The position numbers were made by a program, and so were the translations under genes. Shown here in pieces: positions 1 to 8,133 of a stretch of DNA of 57,067 bases; positions within the stretch are counted from its first letter, which is position 1, and each line of letters opens with the position of its first letter. A model generated the notes under the pieces. The model was given only the letters and a program-made list of their open reading frames with translations. It searched no databases and had not been told where the DNA came from. Source of the stretch: a virus (lineage: Duplodnaviria; Caudoviricetes); IMG/VR virus record IMGVR_UViG_3300005325_000006, positions 1 through 57,067 of that record. One strand, 5' to 3'.

Positions 1-265
1 CCGTTCCGCCCGTTCCGCCTATTCCGCCGCCTATGCCGCCGCCTATTCCGTCTATACCGCCACTGCCGCCTATGCAGCCAATGCCGCCGCGGACGCCGCC
101 TAATCCGCCTATTCCGCCTCCGATGCCGCCGCCTATTCCGATGCCGCCGCCCGTTCCGCCTATTCCGATGCCGCCGCCTATTCCGCCGCCCGTTCCGCCC
201 GTTCCGCCTATTCCGCCGCCTATGCCGCCGCCTATTCCGCCGCCCGTTCCGCCCGTTCCGCCGCA
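1..265 (+). repeat. Ala-rich low-complexity coding repeat (GCC/TCC codons interspersed with TAT/CGT/GAT/AAT)
   Basis: Frame 2 reads RSARSAYSAAYAAAYS...; same repeat type as 57008-57067. Confidence 0.9.
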
Positions 266-337
266 AAAATAAAAATGAAAAACCAGATCCACGATTGGAT
301 CGTAAATCACATCTCTGAACTAACAGAGATCAAATAA
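2..337 (+). CDS. 3' part of the Ala-repeat gene that starts at 56487 (one in-frame TAA at 101-103)
   Basis: Frame 2 ends ...SAAKIKMKNQIHDWIVNHISELTEIK* followed by a C-run/T-run terminator. Confidence 0.7.
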
Positions 338-349
338 TCCCCCCTTTTA
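334..349 (+). terminator. ATAATCCCCCCTTTT terminator-like element
   Basis: Same element recurs after stops at ~3443 and ~11935. Confidence 0.6.
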
Positions 350-425
350 TTACCAATAGTAATATCACAACAGAAAGTTTTATTAACTTTTGTGTATATA
401 CTTACATTTACGTTTAGGTGAAAGC

Positions 426-803
426 ATGTCAGATCCCGTGTACAGTCTCAAAAAGCTTGCGTGTAGTCTTCCGGAGGGATACATCACCCACCCCGCGCAG
501 TTTCATCCGATGGTGATCCGCGTGAAAGAAGATGCCGATAGGATGTATGCTGAAGACGAACGCTTCGATCAAATAACCGAAGATGAACGGACGTTCGGAG
601 TAAACATTATCAGTAAAATTGCAGGGAATGAATATGTGGTTAAACGCGCAGATTATACTGGTAAGACGATCTCACTTACATTAGAAATAAAACCGAAGAT
701 TAGCCTTTTCGATACGGTTGGACTTCCGCGCGAAATGAACGAATGTTTTATACCTGCGGATTATTGCGAGGTTGCGCGGCCAGTGTTCCCGGAAGCGAGA
801 TAA
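426..803 (+). CDS. Hypothetical protein
   Basis: GGTGA RBS before ATG 426. Confidence 0.75.
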   Translation: MSDPVYSLKKLACSLPEGYITHPAQFHPMVIRVKEDADRMYAEDERFDQITEDERTFGVNIISKIAGNEYVVKRADYTGKTISLTLEIKPKISLFDTVGLPREMNECFIPADYCEVARPVFPEAR

Positions 804-946
804 TGACATACGATGAACGATTAATGAAAGCGCGTGCAGAGTTTGATAAAGTAATTACTCCCGAAATATTAGAAGAGGCGGAGGAAATGCACAAACGATT
901 ATCAAAGATCTCATTTAAAGAATTGCATAGGAAGTTTAACATATGA
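803..946 (+). CDS. Small hypothetical protein
   Basis: TAATG coupling to upstream stop. Confidence 0.6.
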   Translation: MTYDERLMKARAEFDKVITPEILEEAEEMHKRLSKISFKELHRKFNI

Positions 947-1150
947 TCCCACTCAATACGATCCAATGCCGTGACTGTTTACAAGGTATGCAGGAGATAC
1001 CGGATAAGAGTATTGATCTGGTTATTACTGATCCTCCGTATGGGACACCCGTTCATCGGCTTTGAGAAGGAACGATCCTATTATGATGCAGCGAGTATAA
1101 GGATCAAGAAAGCACAGGAACAGGGAAAAATAAGTCAGTGGTTTGAATAA
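943..1150 (+). pseudogene. Internally deleted beta-class N6A/N4C DNA methyltransferase
   Basis: MIPLNTIQCRDCLQGMQEIPDKSIDLVITDPPYG joined out of frame to HPFIGFEKERSYYDAASIRIKKAQEQ; middle missing. Confidence 0.85.
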
Positions 1151-1201
1151 GTGATCGTAAGGGAAAATAATATAAGGACCAAGAGAGATAATGATTAGTG
1201 T

Positions 1202-1399
1202 ATGAGTAACACATTTAACACCAACAAAAAGTATCCGTTAGTTCTTGAATTTTGTGAAGAAAAATGTCCGTATTTTAAGAAAGTATGGTTTTCTCCCCCG
1301 TTGTGCACAGAAACCGGGAAACACATAACATCCAGTGACGCGTCGTGTTTTAAAGAGATGTATATCTTCCCAGATTGGTGCCCGTTGGAGGATGCTTAA
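1202..1399 (+). CDS. Small Cys-rich protein (ends FPDWCPLED)
   Basis: AT-rich TATA-like box ~25 nt upstream of ATG. Confidence 0.7.
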   Translation: MSNTFNTNKKYPLVLEFCEEKCPYFKKVWFSPPLCTETGKHITSSDASCFKEMYIFPDWCPLEDA

Positions 1400-1402
1400 A
1401 AA

Positions 1403-1741
1403 ATGTCTTACGAATGGCCTACATATCAGATTGAACTTCCGATGGGGTTTGATGTTCCGTTATTTATCCGTGCTGTGGAAGGAAAACACAAAAAGTTATG
1501 GCTTATTAAACTTGATGACGAGCCCGGGATCATACGGTTAAAAGGTGTGGTTCTTGGTGACAACGTACGGGTGTTTGTGGATATTATATCTCCCCATCAA
1601 AAAGATCATAACCGGATGCGGTATATGTTCGTAACAACCCCGTGGTATCAGAACCTTTCCGCGAAAGAAGTAACGAAAATCATATCCGAGATCGTGGGGT
1701 CTGATACGATCTATCACGAAGGTGAGAGGGTGTATCTGTAA
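1403..1741 (+). CDS. Hypothetical protein
   Basis: GGAGG RBS, tight packing. Confidence 0.7.
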   Translation: MSYEWPTYQIELPMGFDVPLFIRAVEGKHKKLWLIKLDDEPGIIRLKGVVLGDNVRVFVDIISPHQKDHNRMRYMFVTTPWYQNLSAKEVTKIISEIVGSDTIYHEGERVYL

Positions 1742-1742
1742 A

Positions 1743-2456
1743 ATGAAAGCAAATAAACCTCTCGGTGGAAAGGCATATGGAAGTATCCCCCATCTTCCCG
1801 GGTCAAAGTATGGGAACCGTGAGGACAAGGGTGTGGATGAAAAAGCCGCAAAGTATTTCCTGGATAAAGCCGGGAAAGATGATACTATTTACGTGCTGGA
1901 GAAACTAGACGGATCGTGTGTCAGTGTGGCGAGGGTAGGTACTGAGATCGTAGCTCTTACACGGTCGGGGTATCCTGCAATATCATCTCCTTACTATCAA
2001 CATCATATGTTTGCCGATTGGGTGTATGAGAATATAGATCGGTTCTCGTTCCTGAACGATGGTGAGAGAGTTTGCGGGGAATGGTTAGCACAAGCGCATG
2101 GGACCAGATATGATCTCGCGGGAAGGGATCCGTTTGTGGCTTTCGATTTATTTATCAGGGATACCCGTCTAAGTTACGGAGCGTTACTCAGGATCACAAT
2201 CAGAAATGATATTAACTACGCCCCCGTCCTATATGTCAACAATAAAAAAGGACTCTCTGTCAAACACGCTCTTAATCTATTGGGCGATCTCGGTAGATAT
2301 GGGGCAATTGATCTGGCAGAAGGATGCGTATGGAGATGGGAACGACCGGATGTGATAATGTTGGCGAAATACGTCCGGCCCGAAAAAGAGATCGGGGGGT
2401 ATCTGATGGATAAAGACGGCAACAAACTCCCGGAAGTATGGAACTGGAAACCATGA
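1743..2456 (+). CDS. ATP-dependent RNA ligase (Rnl2-like nucleotidyltransferase domain)
   Basis: Motifs EKLDGS, GEW, FVAFDL, EGCVWR, AKYVR; no OB domain. Confidence 0.85.
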   Translation: MKANKPLGGKAYGSIPHLPGSKYGNREDKGVDEKAAKYFLDKAGKDDTIYVLEKLDGSCVSVARVGTEIVALTRSGYPAISSPYYQHHMFADWVYENIDRFSFLNDGERVCGEWLAQAHGTRYDLAGRDPFVAFDLFIRDTRLSYGALLRITIRNDINYAPVLYVNNKKGLSVKHALNLLGDLGRYGAIDLAEGCVWRWERPDVIMLAKYVRPEKEIGGYLMDKDGNKLPEVWNWKP

Positions 2457-2697
2457 CAGACACTTTAGATATTTTGTGGGAGAAATACGGAGAAGACCCC
2501 TTTTGGTTGTATGAGGCGGAACTTGTTGTTGCCAAGTGTCTTAACCTCTCACGGGCGAAAGCACAGCGAGCCATCCTTAATACCATGCCCGGGGGTGCAA
2601 TCGAAGTGGTCGGATCGTCCCGCACTGTTACGACTTGCACATGTAACGGAGACGAACCACACACCCATTACAGTGGAAACCTACAATTTAAGTTCTA

Positions 2698-2964
2698 TTG
2701 GCCGATATGGGGGAAACCAAAACGATAATAGTTACTAACAGATCAACCGGCGCACGTTTCTCTGATGTTTACACCCCGCACAGGGAAAATATTGGGGATC
2801 TGGAGGATCTCTGCGTTGATGCAGGACTAGACAAACAGTTAACTCGTTGTGACATCGAAGGATTAGTAAAGGGGATAAGCGATGATGAAACGTGGTATAT
2901 GCTGGATGAGTGCGGCAATTGGGCATATTTACCAAGTTATTATAAAGTCGAAGTGATAAGATGA
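2698..2964 (+). CDS. Hypothetical protein
   Basis: ORF in co-oriented gene run. Confidence 0.6.
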   Translation: MADMGETKTIIVTNRSTGARFSDVYTPHRENIGDLEDLCVDAGLDKQLTRCDIEGLVKGISDDETWYMLDECGNWAYLPSYYKVEVIR

Positions 2965-3137
2965 CAAACACATACCCAGACGGTGCACCGTATGAAACAA
3001 AATTGCTGGAAGAGATCCGGTGTCTCCGGTGCGTAAACGAACGGATCTTAAGAGTAATGGACGAAGGGCTTTTCGTAGATTATCAGATGGAGAAGTTCCT
3101 GAAAGATAAAGTGAACGAGAAAACGGAGGAATAACTT

Positions 3138-3443
3138 ATGGATGTAATTAACCAATATTCAGATTGTTATAAAAACAAATGTGAAGGATGTAAATGCGGA
3201 ACATGTATTAAGTTTGAAGATTGTGAGAATAAAAAGTGCGCGTTCTGTAAGAAAAGAGGATATTACACGTTCTCTCCATACATCCCCTCAACACAATGGG
3301 GCGGATCTACTTCGCAAGGCCCCCCCTCTAACCCATGCGACTCGTGTTCGTGGCCGAAAGAACTAAAAGAGAAGTATCACGGAACGTATGTGGGAGATGC
3401 CCCGTGTCAATGGTGTCCGCATGGTAACAGGTTTACATGCTGA
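3138..3443 (+). CDS. Cys-rich hypothetical protein
   Basis: GGAGG RBS; multiple CxxC. Confidence 0.65.
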   Translation: MDVINQYSDCYKNKCEGCKCGTCIKFEDCENKKCAFCKKRGYYTFSPYIPSTQWGGSTSQGPPSNPCDSCSWPKELKEKYHGTYVGDAPCQWCPHGNRFTC

Positions 3444-3467
3444 TAATCCCCCCCTTTTTCTCAGTAA

Positions 3468-3490
3468 GTAATAGAAACCTTTATTACATA
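3468..3490 (+). promoter_or_regulatory. Promoter GTAATAGAAACCTTTA upstream of terS
   Basis: 16-nt identical to 11964-11979; BRE/TATA-like. Confidence 0.65.
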
Positions 3491-3515
3491 CCAAAGACTT
3501 ATATAGTACTTGGTT

Positions 3516-3974
3516 ATGGCAAGAATATGTACTGTTTGCGCTCATAAAGATATAAAGAAAATAGATCGCGCATTAGTTGAACGAATCGATCCAATTGATA
3601 AAATATCGAAAGATTATTCGTTATCTACCTCTGCACTCAATCGACATATTGCAAGCGGGCATATCAAAGAGAAAGTAAAGAAAGCGGTAGAACGGGATTC
3701 AGCCAAAGAAGGCGCGGATATTATGGGGATGATAACTGAGGCGTATAACGAAACTAAAGTTATCCTTAAAGAATGTAGGGAAACTAAAATAGCCACTCTT
3801 AAAAACGGTCAAACAAAAGAGATCCCCCCGGACAACGATATGGCATTAAAAGCACTAGCAAGGATAGAAAAACAGATTGAAATTATAGGCAAACTGTTAG
3901 GGGCGTTTACTGAGAAAAGAGAGATCACTGGGGCAATTGCCATAAACATCGATAAAGACGATATTAACTTATAA
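3516..3974 (+). CDS. terS: Terminase small subunit
   Basis: N-terminal CTVCAH and HTH-like segment; IEIIGKLLGAF; directly upstream of terL. Confidence 0.7.
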   Translation: MARICTVCAHKDIKKIDRALVERIDPIDKISKDYSLSTSALNRHIASGHIKEKVKKAVERDSAKEGADIMGMITEAYNETKVILKECRETKIATLKNGQTKEIPPDNDMALKALARIEKQIEIIGKLLGAFTEKREITGAIAINIDKDDINL

Positions 3975-5335
3975 TGACGTTCAAGAAAACAAAGGACCAG
4001 CAAAAACTAACGAAACTTCTTGCAGGTCCACACACCCGTATCCTTGCGCATGGGGGGAGTCGTAGCGGAAAGACGTTTGGACTTATCCGGGCGATATGCG
4101 TAAGAGCATCTAAAGCCCCGGGATCACGGCATCTCATTACCAGGTTTCACTTCAGGGATGCTAAGATCGCCATTTTTATGGACACACTTCCTAAAGTTCT
4201 TTCGGTGTGTTTTCCGGACCTTAAAAAGAACGTAGAGTTTAACCGCACGGATTTCTATGTTAAATTCCCTAACAAAAGCGAAATTTGGATTGGGGGATTA
4301 GACGACAAGGAACGAACAGAAAAAATATTGGGTCTTGAATATACAACCATATATTTTAACGAAGCGTCACAGATCAGTTTTGGATCCGTCCAAACTGCTC
4401 TTACCCGTTTAGCTCAAAAATGCCCGGAGATACGGAACAAAGCATATTTTGATTGCAACCCCCCAAGAAAGAAACATTGGCTTTACAAACTGTTTTTCAT
4501 TAAAATTGATCCTGATACCAAGAAGGCGCTTAAAAACCCAGAATCGTACGTAGAGATCCAGATGAATCCCGAAGGCAACAAAGAGAACTTGTCAGAAGGA
4601 TATATTGAGGAGACACTAGAAACACTAACCGATCAGAAACGCGCGCGGTTCTTAGAGGGCAAATGGCTAGACGACGTTGAGGGGGCCGCGTGGAAACGGG
4701 CATGGATCGATAACACTCGCGTCGTATCAGTACCGGAACTATACCGGATCGTTGTGGGTGTGGACCCGGCGGGCACGCACAATAAAAAAAGCAACAGTAC
4801 CGGTATTGTGGTTGCGGGGGTTGATGCGACGGGACATTATTACATAATTGCTGATCGTACTGTCAATGAGGCAACCCCGGAAGAGTGGGGTACTGCGGTA
4901 GTCAACGCATATCGTGAGTTCAAAGCAGATAAAGTGATCGGGGAAACCAACTACGGGGGGGATCTAGTTGAAAGAAACATTAAGGTATGCGACAGCACGG
5001 TCCCGTTTGATAAAGTCACAGCCAGTAGGGGCAAGATCGTGCGGGCAGAGCCGATAAGTGCACTGTTCCAAAAAGGGTATGCTCATATTGTCGGAGAGTT
5101 TCCGGAATTGGAAGATGAGATGTGCAACTATTCCCCGTTAATGCAGGCAGAAGAGAAGATCGACAGTCCGGACCACATGGACGCGATGGTATGGGCGGTC
5201 ACATCGTTGGTGGAAGGGCACCACCCGGGCGAACCGATCCCAGGATCGTGGTGTGGGTTCGGGGGGGCACCGGAGAAAGATCCCTATCATATCGAGCCGG
5301 AAGATCGGCAGTATAGTAGTATCCTTGGGTTCTGA
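3974..5335 (+). CDS. terL: Terminase large subunit
   Basis: Walker A GGSRSGKT, YFNEA, DCNP, nuclease VGVDPA and DHMDA. Confidence 0.96.
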   Translation: MTFKKTKDQQKLTKLLAGPHTRILAHGGSRSGKTFGLIRAICVRASKAPGSRHLITRFHFRDAKIAIFMDTLPKVLSVCFPDLKKNVEFNRTDFYVKFPNKSEIWIGGLDDKERTEKILGLEYTTIYFNEASQISFGSVQTALTRLAQKCPEIRNKAYFDCNPPRKKHWLYKLFFIKIDPDTKKALKNPESYVEIQMNPEGNKENLSEGYIEETLETLTDQKRARFLEGKWLDDVEGAAWKRAWIDNTRVVSVPELYRIVVGVDPAGTHNKKSNSTGIVVAGVDATGHYYIIADRTVNEATPEEWGTAVVNAYREFKADKVIGETNYGGDLVERNIKVCDSTVPFDKVTASRGKIVRAEPISALFQKGYAHIVGEFPELEDEMCNYSPLMQAEEKIDSPDHMDAMVWAVTSLVEGHHPGEPIPGSWCGFGGAPEKDPYHIEPEDRQYSSILGF

Positions 5336-5430
5336 TCTCTTTTTATAGAAACTTATTTAAGTGAATATAACAATTTTGATTACTTATGTCATTGATCCCG
5401 AAAAGCAAGTTCCTGTTCTGGGGATATCCT

Positions 5431-5445
5431 AAAAATATAAATACT
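5431..5445 (+). promoter_or_regulatory. Archaeal TATA promoter AAAAATATAAATACT
   Basis: Motif recurs before several accessory genes. Confidence 0.7.
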
Positions 5446-5485
5446 TATAACGACTATTGTTTTGTATGAAAAAGGTGAATGTATA

Positions 5486-6277
5486 ATGTGCAAAGCGTTC
5501 AGTTGTTTGATCCACCGTAACAAGAAAGTCACGTGGAAATTTGGTGTTGATTCTCACGAAGATCTGATCAAGATTGCCGGGTATAATGACGACAAAGACG
5601 ATCCGGTATTTGCGCGGGTAGAGATATCACCCCAAAACGGCGACTATCTCGACCCGGAAGTCCCGTATATCTTCAAACTTGATGAAAAAAGAACCCCGTC
5701 GTGGTGGTCGGATTCCTACGAGAACAAATGTTGGGATGCGCAGGAGAAGTGGCTGGCAAAACTCAACACGATCCTTATACGGAAACAGATCGTCCCCCCA
5801 TTCCAGATCAAACCCCCGAAGATTACGGATGAGCACATTACACTGTTAAGGGAATGGCAGAGCGTGAGGCAGAGCGTGTGGGAGAGCGTGAGGCAGAGCG
5901 TGTGGGAGAGCGTGGGGCAGAGCGTGTGGGAGAGCGTGTGGGAGAGCGTGAGGCAGAGCGTGGAGCAGAGCGTGAGGCAGAGCGTGTGGGAGTGCGTGGG
6001 GGAGAGCGTGAGGCAGAGCGTGTGGGAGAGCGTGAGGCAGAGCGTGTGGGAGAGCACGTTGGCATATAATGGATCGTTTTTCATTCTCCCCCGCAATGAA
6101 TGGAAATACACTGAAAAAATCAAGACCGACGAATACCCGTTCCTCCCTCTCGTGAAACTATGGGAACAAGGACTCGTGCCTTCGTTTGATGGTGAAACCT
6201 GGAGATTACATGGGGAACGGGACGCAAAGATCCTCTATGAAATCACGGAACAAGATCTCAAAAAGATGGGGGTTTGA
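5486..6277 (+). CDS. Hypothetical protein with 17 tetrapeptide (W/R/G/E)(E/Q)SV repeats
   Basis: GGTGA RBS; non-repetitive N- and C-terminal domains in this frame. Confidence 0.85.
   Translation: MCKAFSCLIHRNKKVTWKFGVDSHEDLIKIAGYNDDKDDPVFARVEISPQNGDYLDPEVPYIFKLDEKRTPSWWSDSYENKCWDAQEKWLAKLNTILIRKQIVPPFQIKPPKITDEHITLLREWQSVRQSVWESVRQSVWESVGQSVWESVWESVRQSVEQSVRQSVWECVGESVRQSVWESVRQSVWESTLAYNGSFFILPRNEWKYTEKIKTDEYPFLPLVKLWEQGLVPSFDGETWRLHGERDAKILYEITEQDLKKMGV
5855..6058 (+). repeat. 17 x 12-nt tandem repeat NGG SAG AGC GTG
   Basis: Read directly. Confidence 0.95.
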
Positions 6278-6450
6278 ATGACATTAACAGATGAAGAGAT
6301 CCGGCTTAAAGCGGTAGAGATATCATGTAACGCGGTAAGCAGGGAAGTGTCGGCAATGATTGTGTCTGGAAGATCAACGAAGTTTCACCTCGGGATGGTT
6401 GATGATATCGTAGAGTATGTAAAGACAGGAAAGAAACCGGAGTGAGTGAA

Positions 6451-6657
6451 ATGGATTCAACAGAATTTCTTATAATCGCAGCGTTCGTTGTAATAGGGAT
6501 TATCGCCGTTGGGGCATTGGCGTTCTGCTTTTGGTGGTTCGCCGGATACCTTTGTGTCACGTTCGGGTGGTATGCGTTGGACGCCAACGCGCAGATCGTG
6601 ACGTGGGTTGTGCTGGTAACTATCGGATGCTCGGGCGGGTTTGCGAGGACGAACTAA
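6451..6657 (+). CDS. Small membrane protein
   Basis: Two hydrophobic stretches. Confidence 0.6.
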   Translation: MDSTEFLIIAAFVVIGIIAVGALAFCFWWFAGYLCVTFGWYALDANAQIVTWVVLVTIGCSGGFARTN

Positions 6658-6824
6658 CATGAAACACTTTATCCTATCAAGTTACAGCGGGGGATTTGTG
6701 ATCAATGAACGTTCACACTCACCTAACAAAGTAGAGTGCATAGATGGGGAACTATCAGAAACGCAAGTGAAAGCAATAGCATATAAGCTGCTTGCAATGG
6801 TAGAATCGGATAAGGTAAGATGAA

Positions 6825-6980
6825 ATGAAAGACACGCGCGGAAGGAAACGGAAACCAGGATCTGAAGGAATAACGATCCGGGTAAACATTCGTATTGTAG
6901 ATAGGATCGATGCGTTAAGGACAGATGGAGAGAGCAGGGACGACGCGCTTTTCAGGATCCTTAAATTTGCAGGAGTGTGA
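6825..6980 (+). CDS. Ribbon-helix-helix DNA-binding protein (not in ORF track)
   Basis: MKDTRGRKRKPGSEGITIRVNIRIVDRIDALRTDGESRDDALFRILKFAGV. Confidence 0.7.
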   Translation: MKDTRGRKRKPGSEGITIRVNIRIVDRIDALRTDGESRDDALFRILKFAGV

Positions 6981-6987
6981 TTAAAGT

Positions 6988-7722
6988 ATGAGTTATTGTT
7001 ATGACATGATCAAAAAGTTCCGCAAAGAGGGCAATTTCTGCGGCCTTGATAAAAGTGAAGTGTCACGGCTTGAAGCATATTTAGAAATTGTGGATCTCTT
7101 GATGAAACAACACTTGGAGGAAAAAGATATTGTCGAGAAGTTCCCGCTGGGTGCTGCGCGCGTGCTAATTCCAATCAAGGACGAACGCAGAGGCAATGGT
7201 CTCTCTTTTGTTACCGAGCGATTGAAAGAAGGATCGCGGGTGACAGCAAAGGATCTAAAAGAAAAGTTGGAAATTTCCAACCAAAAAGTGAAGCCAAGTT
7301 CGGCAATTGACGAAAAGAAAGAACCATCGCCCCCCGGCACAGATACCAAACCGTTTGATCCGTGTGGGGAAGGGTGCCCCGATTGTCCGACCGAATGCCG
7401 TGTTGAAACAACACTGTCAAAACCCCCTGCACAAGAACAAGAGATCGTAACATTTGTAACTCCATTCGTCCGCGCGTCTCAGTTGGATAAAGTCCAGGAT
7501 CAAGGTATTGTGGCGGCATCGCTGGCAACGGACCCGAAACCGGATCCTGCGAAAGAGGCGCGGGAGAAGATGGAGTATCATGCAACGGAACTTATAAAAC
7601 TGTTTTCTCCGCAGGTCCAACAGATCGTGAGGGACGTAATGGAATATCACAACAGTTATAAGGCGAAAGACGTAATCTATTATGCGTTACAGATGTACGG
7701 AGAACATAGGAAGAAGTGGTAA
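6988..7722 (+). CDS. Hypothetical protein
   Basis: 244-aa ORF with RBS. Confidence 0.75.
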   Translation: MSYCYDMIKKFRKEGNFCGLDKSEVSRLEAYLEIVDLLMKQHLEEKDIVEKFPLGAARVLIPIKDERRGNGLSFVTERLKEGSRVTAKDLKEKLEISNQKVKPSSAIDEKKEPSPPGTDTKPFDPCGEGCPDCPTECRVETTLSKPPAQEQEIVTFVTPFVRASQLDKVQDQGIVAASLATDPKPDPAKEAREKMEYHATELIKLFSPQVQQIVRDVMEYHNSYKAKDVIYYALQMYGEHRKKW

Positions 7723-8133
7723 AAACGAACGATATCACAAAAGGCATACTATTTTTTGGTTTATCTCAAAATTAATCCATCGATTATTCCCACGCGGTTT
7801 AAGACAATGGAAGATGCGTGCGGGTGGGTATTAGAGAATGAGAAAAAGATCTGTAAAATAGATAAGGATATTCGGTTATCTTCGGAAGTGCTTGCAGAGA
7901 AGATCTGGAGGGAGGTCGGATCGGAAGAGAGATAAATATAAATAATAGGGGTGCGTATACACTTAGCAATCAAAAAAACATGAGGTGAAGTAAGAGATGG
8001 ACATACCACGATTGATCTGCACTCGGTTTCAGAAGCGTGATAATAACCGCAATAAAACCTGCGTGCACGTCTTTTACGATGACGATGGAAGTGAGTTTGA
8101 GTACTGCGACATTACTGATAAGAGGTGCTTACT

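Noticed and set aside
33-272. Pro-rich 79-aa ORF
   Set aside because: Off-frame reading of the Ala-rich repeat; frame 2 matches the gene at 56487 and has a normal C-terminus
5855-6058. CRISPR array (also considered for the other repeats)
   Set aside because: No unique spacers; units are contiguous and in coding frame; no cas genes
5716-6123. Alternative-frame repeat ORFs (LSHTLC, SPTRSA, AERVGE) and VVPTS at 50937
   Set aside because: Shadows of stop-free tandem repeats
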